This document shows positions 50,918 through 61,157 of a DNA stretch of 64,000 nucleotides, one piece after another (the first letter of the stretch is position 1; each line of letters begins with the position of its first letter). The stretch covers positions 216,914 through 280,913 of the IMG/VR virus record IMGVR_UViG_3300022935_000005; one strand, written 5' to 3'. The notes under the pieces were generated by a model, which was not told the DNA's origin, made no database searches, and was given only the letters and a program-made list of their open reading frames with translations. A program made the position numbers and the translations under genes.

Positions 50918-51161
50918 AAAAATATAAAGGATAGCAACCACAAGGAAGGAGGTCAAAGATGACCAAGAAGATCAAAGTTGGAGATAGAGTTTACTACAGA
51001 GCTCCCCGGTTGGCAGATCGTAAGAAGGGCTCAAAGCCAGAATTCACAGTGGTAGAACTTTACGACGGTGGTACGATGGCTAATGTCAAACATGACGACG
51101 GTTATATCTTCACTGGCTACATCGTAGACCGAATGACTAAATACGAAGGATAGGTGTCAGT

Positions 51162-51755
51162 ATGAAAAACTATCTATTGCTCACTTCTATTATTCTTGCT
51201 GCATGCGGAGAAAACCCTGATATTACAGTTAGCGAAGAATCTTTGATTGAAGATCATGATGTAGCAACTCAGAATCTTCCTTATGTAGATTTTCTTCTTG
51301 ATATAGGGAACCTTAAAGCGAACGGAGATTTTCATTTCATGAATTCTTCTCTTAAAACCAGCGAAGACATTCATACGATATACGCTCAAGTCGGAGCGTT
51401 CATGGTGGATGTTGGGGATCATAATCCCGAACTGCTTCGAGTGCACTTTCGGAGTGACTATGAAGAGTGGGTAAGCTTTGATGACATCCTTTCTCCTGTT
51501 CATGCCACACAAGAAGAATGTGAAGAAAGTTCTTCTTACTGCGAAAGGGTTGACATCGTCCACGGCGAGAGCGGTTTGGTGGATTCTCAAGAGGGTCTGG
51601 TAGGCCTCAAGAATGTATACTGTCGTCACCTTGAAGAATCATATGAGTATGAGGTAGAAGCATGGGTAACAACCTTAGAGACTTACCCACCAACGATTGT
51701 AAGTGAAATAGAAGTTCTGACAGTTCAGTGCGAAAATGTAGATAGAGGAGAGTAA
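51162..51755 (+). CDS. Acidic lipoprotein
   Basis: MKNYLLLTSIILAAC lipobox. Confidence 0.65.
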   Translation: MKNYLLLTSIILAACGENPDITVSEESLIEDHDVATQNLPYVDFLLDIGNLKANGDFHFMNSSLKTSEDIHTIYAQVGAFMVDVGDHNPELLRVHFRSDYEEWVSFDDILSPVHATQEECEESSSYCERVDIVHGESGLVDSQEGLVGLKNVYCRHLEESYEYEVEAWVTTLETYPPTIVSEIEVLTVQCENVDRGE

Positions 51756-52331
51756 GATGAGTTTAAATTATAAAGAGTTCGGTATTGCTAGTGTTGTAAC
51801 TGTAGCTTACTTGTTGGTAGTTTTTGGTAGTTTGTTTGCCCAATAAAGGAGAAGCTTGAAAGTTGGAGAATTAGTCAATGTTCGGGTTCGCCTTGGTTGT
51901 GTTGATCCTCCTGTCTTCCAGGAACGTGGGATTGGATTAGTACTGGATATTAAGCGGACTGTGCCTCTCACTCTAAAGGGAGAAACTTTCTGTTTAGGAA
52001 ACGACATCGTGGTTTGTCTTGACGGTCGGGTTGAGAAATTCCACGAAAGTGATGTGCAAGAGGTACCTCACTAACTTGAGAGAAGGAAAGTTATGAAAAA
52101 ACTATGGTTTCTTAGCGTTACCGCGATCATCTCAACCTCGGCGATCTTCTTTCTTTTGAAAGAAAATATCGAGATCAAAGAAGGCTTGGGCAGTTGCATA
52201 GAGAACGTACAGAAGCAGTGCGGACCAATAATAAACTACGGAGTAGCTTTAGAGAATGAAAACGCGCGGCTGAACAGAAAGCTAGCCGCCTGTATCTGTC
52301 CAGAAAAGCTGGACTGAAAGATTCGGGGGAG

Positions 52332-54440
52332 ATGACCAACAGAAGACTAGCAGCTTCATTTTTCTTTCTTGCTGCTATCGGGTGCTCAGAAGATCAAGTC
52401 TCTCAGATGACCGTCGACTCTGGTGTAAGGACTATCACTCAAGATGACAGCAGTGCTGCAGATGTAATGATAGTCACAGTTCAAGACGCCTCTATAGATA
52501 TGTTCATTGATCCATGTCTCGACATCCAGAACACCGATGATATGTACTGTGAGTGTCACCCCAGATGCTGTCAAAATCAAACATGGTACTGCCCTCCTAG
52601 AGGTACTGAAGTTTTGGCAAAAGATGCTGTCTTAGACATCTGCGATACTGACTATGTACCGTGTGATAGAAACATTGATGAATCATGTCCTCCGGCAGAA
52701 ATTATCTACGAAAGTTCTTGTAACCATATGTTTGACTGTCCACCGGGCATAGACGAAGACTTTACAGTTTTCTATGATTGTGAGGTGGATGGTAACCCGG
52801 GCACTCAGAGGGTGCGTTGTGACAAGGGAAGGTTAGACTATGGACAGTGCGTCGTTTGTGTCTTGGCGGACGAGATCTGTGACGGCCAAGATAATGACTG
52901 CGATGGCGAAATAGACGAACACCAATTGAATGAATGTGGTCAATGTGGATTGTTACCCCAAGATGCTTGTGATGGGCTCGATAACGACTGCGATGGTCTT
53001 GTTGATGAAGATCTGGTTCAAGCATGTGTCACTACATGTGAGCGTGGTGTAGAGGTTTGTGAAAACGGAGCCTGGGTGGGTTGTACAGCAAGACAGCCAT
53101 CCGAAGAAATCTGCGACGGCTTCGATAATGACTGCGACGGTTTGATTGATGAAGAGCTTAATTGCGGATGCCCACCTGAGATGGTCGGCGCGTTGCTACC
53201 CTGTATGGAACCACCACTAACTTGTGGGATGGGATTCAAGACGTGCGAGTGTGAAGATGAAGACTGCTTGACAACTCGAATGTCTGACTGCTTCGCTTTG
53301 TGCGCTTGGTTACCGGCAGAGATAGTCCAGCATGATGAGCCAGACACTTGTGACAGATACGCAGGAATGCCTGTTAATCCAGAAGTTTGTAATAACTTCG
53401 ACGAAGACTGTGACGGTTTAATCGATGAGAGACTAAACAAGCCTTGCTATTCTGGTCCTCAAGATACTATAGGGGTAGGTGTGTGTCGAGGTGGTAGTCA
53501 AGTCTGCGAACAAGGTCGCTGGTACGGAGAAACAACAGCCGGCAGTTTTGTTCACGATTTTTGTGCAGGTGAGATCGTACCCAGCAGAGAGATTTGCGAC
53601 GGTAGTGATAATGACTGCGATGGTGTTACCGACTTTGGTCGAGAGATTCCAGACACAGACATTCTTTTCATTCTTGATTGGTCTGGATCTATGGCATACC
53701 AGATCAACGCTGTAAAGATGGCGATGAATAGATTTGCAAACCATTTCGCTGCAGAGGGTAAGTTAAAATGGGGATTAATAACCGGACCTCGGATTTTTCC
53801 AAGAGAAGGTCAAGATCCTTCACAGGCTAAACAATACCTGAGGTTAGAAACTGACATAACATCATTCTCAGATTTTATCGCTGCATTCTCTGCAGCTGGT
53901 GCTTTTGAGACTGGAGCAACCCATGAAATGTTAATTGACGCGCTGCTGCTTTCTGTCGCGACTATTTCATCTAACATGACTTATGACCTGTCAACCGCAC
54001 AGTGGTTCAATGGTTTCTCTGACGCCGGATCGATTCCGAGTCTACAAGACTTTCGAATAAACTGGCGACATAACGCTGACAGGGTTATCGTAGTGTTTAC
54101 AGACGAGGAGGATCAGTCTTTCCTCGTACCGAAAGTGACTAGCGAACAAGCTATAGCAGCCCTCGAGGGATCACCAGATACTACACTTTATGTGTTCACA
54201 CAAAGATACTTTTTTTCGAGGTGGGACGATTATGTAGACCCGACAGGTGGAAGACTGTTCCCATTATCTTCTAACTCTGAGCAGATGTATGATGATCTCA
54301 TGTCTATACTCGATGAGATCTGCCTTAACGCAGGCTCTTCTGTACAGATGGAAGAAGCTTCGTATAATGGTAATATGTCAAGCCAGCTATACAATCCAGT
54401 GATTTCAAGATATAATTTTTCTGGTGGCTATTGCTACTAA
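52332..54440 (+). CDS. Cys-rich lipoprotein with repeated E.CDG.DNDCDG..DE (putative metal-binding/MopE-like) motifs and C-terminal VWA domain
   Basis: Lipobox AAIGC; five CD/NxxDxDCDG units; DILFILDWSGSM, VIVVFTDEEDQS. Confidence 0.85.
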   Translation: MTNRRLAASFFFLAAIGCSEDQVSQMTVDSGVRTITQDDSSAADVMIVTVQDASIDMFIDPCLDIQNTDDMYCECHPRCCQNQTWYCPPRGTEVLAKDAVLDICDTDYVPCDRNIDESCPPAEIIYESSCNHMFDCPPGIDEDFTVFYDCEVDGNPGTQRVRCDKGRLDYGQCVVCVLADEICDGQDNDCDGEIDEHQLNECGQCGLLPQDACDGLDNDCDGLVDEDLVQACVTTCERGVEVCENGAWVGCTARQPSEEICDGFDNDCDGLIDEELNCGCPPEMVGALLPCMEPPLTCGMGFKTCECEDEDCLTTRMSDCFALCAWLPAEIVQHDEPDTCDRYAGMPVNPEVCNNFDEDCDGLIDERLNKPCYSGPQDTIGVGVCRGGSQVCEQGRWYGETTAGSFVHDFCAGEIVPSREICDGSDNDCDGVTDFGREIPDTDILFILDWSGSMAYQINAVKMAMNRFANHFAAEGKLKWGLITGPRIFPREGQDPSQAKQYLRLETDITSFSDFIAAFSAAGAFETGATHEMLIDALLLSVATISSNMTYDLSTAQWFNGFSDAGSIPSLQDFRINWRHNADRVIVVFTDEEDQSFLVPKVTSEQAIAALEGSPDTTLYVFTQRYFFSRWDDYVDPTGGRLFPLSSNSEQMYDDLMSILDEICLNAGSSVQMEEASYNGNMSSQLYNPVISRYNFSGGYCY

Positions 54441-54450
54441 TGGGGAAGCC

Positions 54451-54837
54451 ATGAGCTTTAATCTAAGAGAAACTAAGATATTTGTTGCGCTCGCTTCAGT
54501 ATTTATGTTATGCTACGCGGCTTTACTTATAAAGGGCGCCAACAGGTTCGAGGCTCATTCTGCGACGTCACAATCTGCTGCTGAGGTTGAGTATGCAAGG
54601 ACAGCGGCCCAAGAAGGAATGAGCGAGTTTATCTCTATCCACCTCTCCAATGAACCAATAGAAAGCGGTGTTTTGATTCCAGAAACGCAGTTGAGACATG
54701 GCTCGTCTTATGAAGTAGAAATCCAGCATAATGAGGCTGGTAACATCGTTGTCACGAGTAGAGGGAAATACAAGAGTTCGAATGATATAATCTATGAGTA
54801 TCCTATACGGGCAGTCCTCAGCCCCAAAAGTGACTAA
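54451..54837 (+). CDS. Second PilX-like protein
   Basis: TM segment, then ARTAAQEG; YEV, V.SRGKYK and YP.RAV shared with 45873. Confidence 0.6.
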   Translation: MSFNLRETKIFVALASVFMLCYAALLIKGANRFEAHSATSQSAAEVEYARTAAQEGMSEFISIHLSNEPIESGVLIPETQLRHGSSYEVEIQHNEAGNIVVTSRGKYKSSNDIIYEYPIRAVLSPKSD

Positions 54838-55192
54838 TGATGCGAGTACCGTCAAGTCGTATACCGAAAGGGTGGGAACAAGTGCTGTCTGGTCACTCTT
54901 TATTAGAAGGGGATTATTTCTGGTGTGCGATAGAAGGGAATTGGAAGCCTATTTCTTTACGAAACGTAGGCCTGATTATTAGTGAAAAAGCGGGGGTTTT
55001 ATATATCAGACAGAAAGGTCCACCCCTAGCTGAAGCAAGTCTGCAAGTTATACGTAGACATCTCGGTGGTGTTTTTGAAGACCTACTTCGGGCTGGGTAT
55101 AGAGGCGAACATTTCGGAGCTGCCTATGATGATGTGCTGCTCTGGGAGATTGCGTCTGCATGCGTCGAATGGGACAAGAGGAGTAAGTAGAC

Positions 55193-55498
55193 TTGCTTAA
55201 AAGTGATTACATAAGAAAAGAACATGAGAACACGCTATTGTACCAAGGATATATCTGCGTAAAGACAGACACAACAGGCACCCAGACATGGGCTGACATG
55301 ACTGAAGGCGGACCAGACATCTATCATCACACTGAAGAGTATGATATGTATGTGGAAGAGTTAGGACATTTCGCGCCGACAAAGGCAGAAGCCGCCGGAG
55401 CGCGCTACTTCACAATCCACCACGAGAACATAAAAGAGACATATCAGACAGCGATCGTCAGCAAGGCGATAGCGTACGCCAGAACCAAAATTTATTAA
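55193..55498 (+). CDS. Hypothetical protein, GYI..GxQTWxD family member 1
   Basis: QGYICVKTDTTGTQTWAD. Confidence 0.6.
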   Translation: MLKSDYIRKEHENTLLYQGYICVKTDTTGTQTWADMTEGGPDIYHHTEEYDMYVEELGHFAPTKAEAAGARYFTIHHENIKETYQTAIVSKAIAYARTKIY

Positions 55499-55517
55499 GT
55501 AAACCATATTTAATACC

Positions 55518-55919
55518 ATGGCTCGCCGAAAGAAAAAAAAGTCGAAGCTCTGGAAGTCGATAAAGAAGGTCAACTACACTCGAGTTAGCGATGGGAAAGT
55601 TATCCAGATGGATAGCAGTTGGGAAGTTAAGTGTGCTGAAAAACTAGACGAGCTGAATGTCGAGTGGGAACGAACCGAAGACATAAAGCTACAATACATT
55701 GATAAGAAAGCGCAGACTAGAAACTACATCCCTGACTTTTACCTCCCAGAGTATGACATTTATTTAGAAGTGAAAGGATACTGGACGACACCAGCCAGAT
55801 GGAAAATGAGATCCGTTATGGATAGGAATCCTGGGAAAATTCGTCTGCTCCAGAGTCTAGATGAAATATCAGAGTTAGAGCTTCCCGTTCTGGCAACGAC
55901 CAGTAGCGTTCCGCTATGA
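55518..55919 (+). CDS. PD-(D/E)xK endonuclease (TnsA-N / T7 endonuclease I-like)
   Basis: DSSWE, YIPDFYL...IYLEVKGYW. Confidence 0.8.
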   Translation: MARRKKKKSKLWKSIKKVNYTRVSDGKVIQMDSSWEVKCAEKLDELNVEWERTEDIKLQYIDKKAQTRNYIPDFYLPEYDIYLEVKGYWTTPARWKMRSVMDRNPGKIRLLQSLDEISELELPVLATTSSVPL

Positions 55920-55969
55920 TGTCTGTACAAGCCGATGTCTTTCTCTATAATCTAACTGGATAGAACAGA

Positions 55970-56212
55970 GTGCTAAAAACCACACATCCCTTGAATGCAT
56001 TTGAAAAAACGCTTCTGGCTAGTGGTTATATCTGTGTTGAAAGGGTAGCAGGGGTTCAGACTTGGGTTGACTTACTTTTTGATGGTAAACCTATCACTTA
56101 CAGAAAGACTCGAGGCTCAAAGAAAGCTTTCTTTACCGGAGGCACGAAATATAAGAGTCTTGAAGCTGTGATAATAGCGTCACGATCAGATGGATTCACG
56201 GAGCTTCCATGA
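55970..56212 (+). CDS. GYI..GxQTWxD family member 2
   Basis: SGYICVERVAGVQTWVD. Confidence 0.6.
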   Translation: MLKTTHPLNAFEKTLLASGYICVERVAGVQTWVDLLFDGKPITYRKTRGSKKAFFTGGTKYKSLEAVIIASRSDGFTELP

Positions 56213-56883
56213 ACAGCTCGTATAATAGTGGGTAAAAGAACTTGAAGATTGGTGATTATGTCGGTCTATACGCGAGCTCGCCTTCCTCTGATACCGAGGA
56301 TTCGCCTCTTGGTGTCGTCATCGGATTTAACGAAACTGGAGAGGGCGGGAGACACTTCGTACACGTCTTGACAGATGCGGGCATCGAGATATTTTCAGCT
56401 TGGAACCTTTACGTTATCACAGACCATGAAGAAGATTGAAAGTGAAGATAAGATGGAAGACGATTGGGAAGATAAAGAGCTTGAGGTGTCCGACGAAGAG
56501 TGGTATCCTGTGACCCTACAATTTGAGATCCCGGGTACCGGTGAATTTCACCGCATTGACATTCTAGACAAAGATGAAGAAGAGGCTGCGTTAGCTTGGA
56601 TGTATGAACAGTGCGGAGAAGACTTTGAAGACTACGAATGGCGATGAGATCAAGCTCGGAAGCATCGTTAAAGCCAATGGTCATGTATCTGGCTCTACGA
56701 AAGTGTGGGACATAAAGTACCGGTCTGGTATCGTTATTGAACTACACACTCCGAAATGGGACTCGGTATATACATCGCTTCCTTCTGCTACTGTATTGTG
56801 GGAAGACGGAAAGACAAATGTTCTGTGGGTTCAAGACCTTGAACTAGTTGAAGAAGCTGACAACTAGTAACAAAAAAATTTAA

Positions 56884-56917
56884 AATCGTGCAAACCTACC
56901 AACAAGTATGGTACTAT
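56884..56917 (+). promoter_or_regulatory. Repeated promoter copy
   Basis: AATCGTGCAA-N18-TACTAT. Confidence 0.7.
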
Positions 56918-57132
56918 GAATCATAAAGAAACAAAGGACTTGGAGGTAAAAATAAGTGAGGAGTACTGATTATGTCTAACATACCTGCATTCATTTTGTT
57001 ATGTCTCTTTTCTGTTGGAGCCAACCTATATGTTGTCTATAAGTTGTTCGAGATAGAAGATTATCTCAAAAGGCGAGACAGGGATGACCCTCAAAATGCA
57101 CCAACAGAGAAAGTTGCGATTAGGAGAGCCCG

Positions 57133-57408
57133 ATGAAATCCAGCACCTTGATTCTGGTTCTGGGTTTTCTCGCTGGGTGTGGCGATCATATGGAGCTATC
57201 TGTAGATGAAGACTGTTCACCGCAGCATGAAGAGTATACGCATTCTGTACTGTACTGTAACAACCAGCTGAGCACTATCGCTGTCGTCTGCGATCCATCT
57301 GAAGAACTTCCACAAGAGCAGTGCTCGACCTCAGAAGACTTGCTTACTGATAATTGCGAGCTGGTGTCTGTCTGCTGCATCGATTATGAGTGTAGGACGA
57401 ATTACTGA
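57133..57408 (+). CDS. Small Cys-rich lipoprotein
   Basis: LGFLAGC lipobox; several Cys residues. Confidence 0.6.
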   Translation: MKSSTLILVLGFLAGCGDHMELSVDEDCSPQHEEYTHSVLYCNNQLSTIAVVCDPSEELPQEQCSTSEDLLTDNCELVSVCCIDYECRTNY

Positions 57409-57409
57409 T

Positions 57410-57443
57410 AATCGTGTAACCAGAACATTGACTGTTGTATAAT
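57410..57443 (+). promoter_or_regulatory. Repeated promoter copy (variant)
   Basis: AATCGTGTAA-N18-TATAAT. Confidence 0.7.
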
Positions 57444-58179
57444 AGTAATACTCCCGGGAGTGGAATGGAAACAGTATCATTCACGATCAAGTTCGGAGAC
57501 ACTTCCGACCCCCACCAGCTTGCACGGCAGATCGCTGAGGAGCTAGACCTTCGAAGTTGGAGGGTCAAGGAATCTGACTCATCCTCTGAGGATGAGGGTA
57601 TCGCTGCCACAAAATACATTATCCAAGGATGGAGCACCGAATGGTGAAAGAAGAGGTAAGGGACATCGTTATCGCTACCACCGTTAACGCTATCACCGTT
57701 GGCGCAGGTATCTTACTCGGGTACACCATGTATCCTATTATCGTCGAGTTTATGAAGTGATACATCTCATTGGTGACATCGTCCGGTTTGTGGGGTCTAG
57801 TGCTGATGAGATGTACATGATTATCGACAGAGCATATCCCGGCGATGATGAGGAGTGGGAGTGGGAGTGGGTCTTGATGAACTTTCACGGTGGACATATC
57901 ATTTATTGTGCTGATGAAGAGATCACCCTCGTCTCAGAGGGTGAAGAGTGAAAGTGGGTGACTTGGTAAGAGTTCAGTATCCGGATGATGATACTTGGTA
58001 TTCGGGTTTTCTAGTCGAGGTTGCTCACGACGACGATCCGATGTCAACCTATCAGATGTATTGTGTTGAGCGTGAAGCTCTTCATATTCTAAGTCCGGGC
58101 CGCGATCTAATCGAGGTGATTAGTGAAGAATAGATGCCACCAGCAGTGTAAAACAGCATACTTAAGATTAGAATAGAAT

Positions 58180-58626
58180 ATGAGTGATTACCGTCTTGAA
58201 ATTGTTACCAACCGTCCTGAGCTTTGGAAAGACGGTGATCCAGTCCGCCCTGAACTGGGCGTATCCTACAAGACATACCCGGGAAGAGAAGTATACGGTC
58301 TAAGAAATCCTGCCGGTGGATATGATGCTTTCTGCTGCATCGCTAGAACGTTTAGCGTACCTCAAGATATTATGTCATTGAGCAACCTGACTAGCCTAGA
58401 CGGCTCTGTATGGGTACCCTATACAGTCTGGTCTAGCCGCCGCGGCGCAGGAAGAGAGATCATAAAGAAGATCTTGGAGTACTCTCAAATAGTGAGTCCT
58501 CGAGCGGACAGGATCGTAACACTCTCTCCAAACAATGACATGGCTAGAAAGTTCCACCTCAGGAACGGTGCCACAGAGATAGCGACATTCGCGTCGACTG
58601 CAAACTTCGAGTATACTATCAAGTAA
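58180..58626 (+). CDS. Hypothetical protein, possible GNAT-like fold
   Basis: DPVRPEL, YTVWSSRRGAGREII, ARKFHLRNGA. Confidence 0.45.
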   Translation: MSDYRLEIVTNRPELWKDGDPVRPELGVSYKTYPGREVYGLRNPAGGYDAFCCIARTFSVPQDIMSLSNLTSLDGSVWVPYTVWSSRRGAGREIIKKILEYSQIVSPRADRIVTLSPNNDMARKFHLRNGATEIATFASTANFEYTIK

Positions 58627-59037
58627 GCTCCCAACCCACTTCACAAACAACAACTACATTTTTCAAGGAGTCTTATGACTAGATTTTTTGCTCTCATCGG
58701 AATTATAAGACGCCGGTCATAGTGCTGTGACCTTCCTTTTGGGGACTCTTTGCAGAAGTCTATTCATTTACATATCGTGGTACTTGTTTAGCGCTATAGC
58801 TTGGATGGTTTTACAATGAAAGTTGGTGATCTGGTCGAGGTTTACGACGTCTGTAACGGTTGGTCTCTCGGCGTAATCGTTGAGATCAACGCACGACCCA
58901 CCGGGTCAGACTTTATCAAGGTGTTTAGGGACGGTGCAGTTGAAGCAACGACTTCGCTGTGGTGTCGAGATCCCATAACGCAAAAGCGACACCGTTACGG
59001 AACTGAGACTTGAAAAGAGACTTCATAACAGCGGGAG

Positions 59038-59283
59038 GTGCTGATGTTGACAGAAGAAGAAGTCCAGCTTTTTGAAGCTGGATACATAAGGATAGAAACG
59101 AACGAAGAGACGGGTGAGCAAACTTGGGTCGACCTTCAGCAGGGCGGCCTTGATATCATTCATAGTCCTCTAGACTTTTTTCGAAGGTTTAGGGTCGAGA
59201 ATGGCACCAAGAGCTTTTCTACTGGAGGTGTCGACAATGCAATTAGAGGAAGCAGAGGGGACGCAAAACTAGACTCATGGTAA
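59038..59283 (+). CDS. GYI..GxQTWxD family member 3
   Basis: AGYIRIETNEETGEQTWVD. Confidence 0.6.
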   Translation: MLMLTEEEVQLFEAGYIRIETNEETGEQTWVDLQQGGLDIIHSPLDFFRRFRVENGTKSFSTGGVDNAIRGSRGDAKLDSW

Positions 59284-59464
59284 ATTTTCTTCCGAATGAA
59301 GAGTTCTGGAATCTCGACTCAATCCCGGGTGAGTACTTGAACAACCTCCTCACCTGAGTTATGATTTGATGAACAAAGATTGAAATCTTCTAGAAAGACG
59401 GGATATTTTATATTAAAGAACCAGAGCTATAAGATAATTAAATTAGATAGAGGATGGAAACACT

Positions 59465-60616
59465 ATGACTTATGCACAAGAGCTTCTCATAAAGGAGCAC
59501 ATAGAATTATTTGAAACCCGTGTTCAGTTGAGAAAACCCATGCATCATATCCCTATGGTGTACACTGTCCAGGAAGGAGTTGTTGACGACGCGCTTGAAG
59601 CTCTGGCAACGGCAGGTGAAGGTGCGATTCTAAATATCGTCCAATGGGCAGTAGCAGGCGCCGCTGAATACGGATTGGTCGCAACTGGTGCCGGAGCTCC
59701 AGCTGCACCCTTCGCAGAAACCTTAATTGATGTAGGGTTCACTGCGGGTGACCTTGCTAGTGCAACCTCTTCAATGGCATCTATTCAAACGAATTTCTCA
59801 GAATTCTCGAAAATGATAGGTGACGCAATAGAAAGTTATGGTGAAAGCTGGTCTGCTTTCTACAAAAAGGTTCGAAAAATCATCCGTGAAGGCTTGAGAG
59901 CTCTTGGTAAAGGCGCGACAGGAAAAGTAGATGAGCTAGCGGAGAAACTAAAAAAGGGACTCAAGAATATCCTCAAGAAGTTGAACCGTACAATTGGCAA
60001 CCTCATTCAGGCTATTATACCAGATGCGACTATAGGGGCAACAGTTGCTACCGCGATTGAAACCTTACTGACTGGATTGACACAAAGTCCTTTCAGCGCT
60101 GTCACAAGTACCATGGGTAAAATACCAGTAGTCAAAGATCTCATTCTTGAACCTGCTAAGTTTGTACAATTCTTCAAAGACGGGTTTCAGTCACTTATCA
60201 AAGGCATCATTGCATTAGGTAAGAAAATTGATGCAGGCGGTTTCATGGAAAAAGCTGCACTGGCTACCGTGAGTCCAATCCTTGGAGCTCTCGCCGCTGC
60301 CGGCGCTGTGGGCAAAGGACTCGAGTGGATTGCTAAGAATGTCATCGAGCCAGTTATTGAACCGGCGACGAAAGTGATCACACAAATCCTCGAAGTTGTA
60401 ATGCCTACCGTGATGTCACTCCTCGCAGTATATCAGATACTAGTAAAAGGTGAATACAAAGAGCAAAAAGTTACAAGCGAAAGCAGAAAGCTGCGCGCCT
60501 CTGACATTGAGTTTGCTTACGTTGACAACCTGATAGAGCAAAGGGTCAAATTGTATGAGCAGGCAAAAATCGATTTGTCGCTAAACACAAAAAGTCTCTC
60601 TGCTTTTATTGCGTAA
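59465..60616 (+). CDS. Ala/Gly-rich helical hypothetical protein with hydrophobic hairpins
   Basis: AVAGAAEYGLVATGAGAPAAP, ALATVSPILGALAAAGAVG; long amphipathic helices. Confidence 0.6.
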   Translation: MTYAQELLIKEHIELFETRVQLRKPMHHIPMVYTVQEGVVDDALEALATAGEGAILNIVQWAVAGAAEYGLVATGAGAPAAPFAETLIDVGFTAGDLASATSSMASIQTNFSEFSKMIGDAIESYGESWSAFYKKVRKIIREGLRALGKGATGKVDELAEKLKKGLKNILKKLNRTIGNLIQAIIPDATIGATVATAIETLLTGLTQSPFSAVTSTMGKIPVVKDLILEPAKFVQFFKDGFQSLIKGIIALGKKIDAGGFMEKAALATVSPILGALAAAGAVGKGLEWIAKNVIEPVIEPATKVITQILEVVMPTVMSLLAVYQILVKGEYKEQKVTSESRKLRASDIEFAYVDNLIEQRVKLYEQAKIDLSLNTKSLSAFIA

Positions 60617-60698
60617 AGAGTGAAAGTCGGTGAAACCTCACAAAGCACCGCACAAAGCACCTTGAACAACGCTCTCACCTGAGTTACAATAATTCAAC

Positions 60699-60814
60699 AG
60701 GAGTGAGGCGGTATTACGCAGGGTTCTACTGAGACAATAAACGACCCGGGCCGAGGAATAAGAGTCTAACAAAGGAATACTCGGTCACTTGCAGGTGAGA
60801 ACCCTGCCACTCCT
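60699..60814 (+). ncRNA. Structured RNA motif A, copy 1
   Basis: AGGAGTG/CACTCCT, GCAGGGTTCT/AGAACCCTGC and GGCCGAG/CTCGGTC stems; TTGAAC-N17-TACAAT promoter directly upstream and T-run downstream; second copy at 63189. Confidence 0.75.
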
Positions 60815-60877
60815 TCTTTTTTGGTATATCTATATGCTGCGCTCGATATATTTATCTTTACGATCTGGAGGACAATA

Positions 60878-61156
60878 ATGAAAATCACAAAAAGACAGCT
60901 TAGAGGGATTATCAGAGAAGCTATGCAGCCCGGCGGAATGGCTGTACGTTTGCAAACAAATAAGCTGGTGAAAGCGGGTCTTGCAGATTTTTCAGGACCT
61001 ATCGAGTACAAGAGTCCACAAAATTTTGTCATTAGAGACGTAGAGAAATCCAAAGTGCCTGAATTCATTAGCTGGATCGAGGAAATCGATTCAATGATGC
61101 GCCATGAAGAACCAGGATCCGCGCCTCACTTGGTAGACTTGCATTACGGAGTGTAG
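60878..61156 (+). CDS. MKITK-leader protein, dispersed member
   Basis: MKITKRQLRGIIREA; ATATTTA at 60848 and GGAGG RBS. Confidence 0.75.
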   Translation: MKITKRQLRGIIREAMQPGGMAVRLQTNKLVKAGLADFSGPIEYKSPQNFVIRDVEKSKVPEFISWIEEIDSMMRHEEPGSAPHLVDLHYGV

Positions 61157-61157
61157 A

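Noticed and set aside
55518-55919. Tn7-like transposon (TnsA)
   Set aside because: No tnsB/tnsC genes or terminal repeats; a stand-alone phage nuclease is more likely.
60699-60814. Motif A as a tRNA, tmRNA or group I intron fragment
   Set aside because: No TTCRA T-loop or CCA end, and no convincing P/Q/R/S elements; it interrupts no gene.
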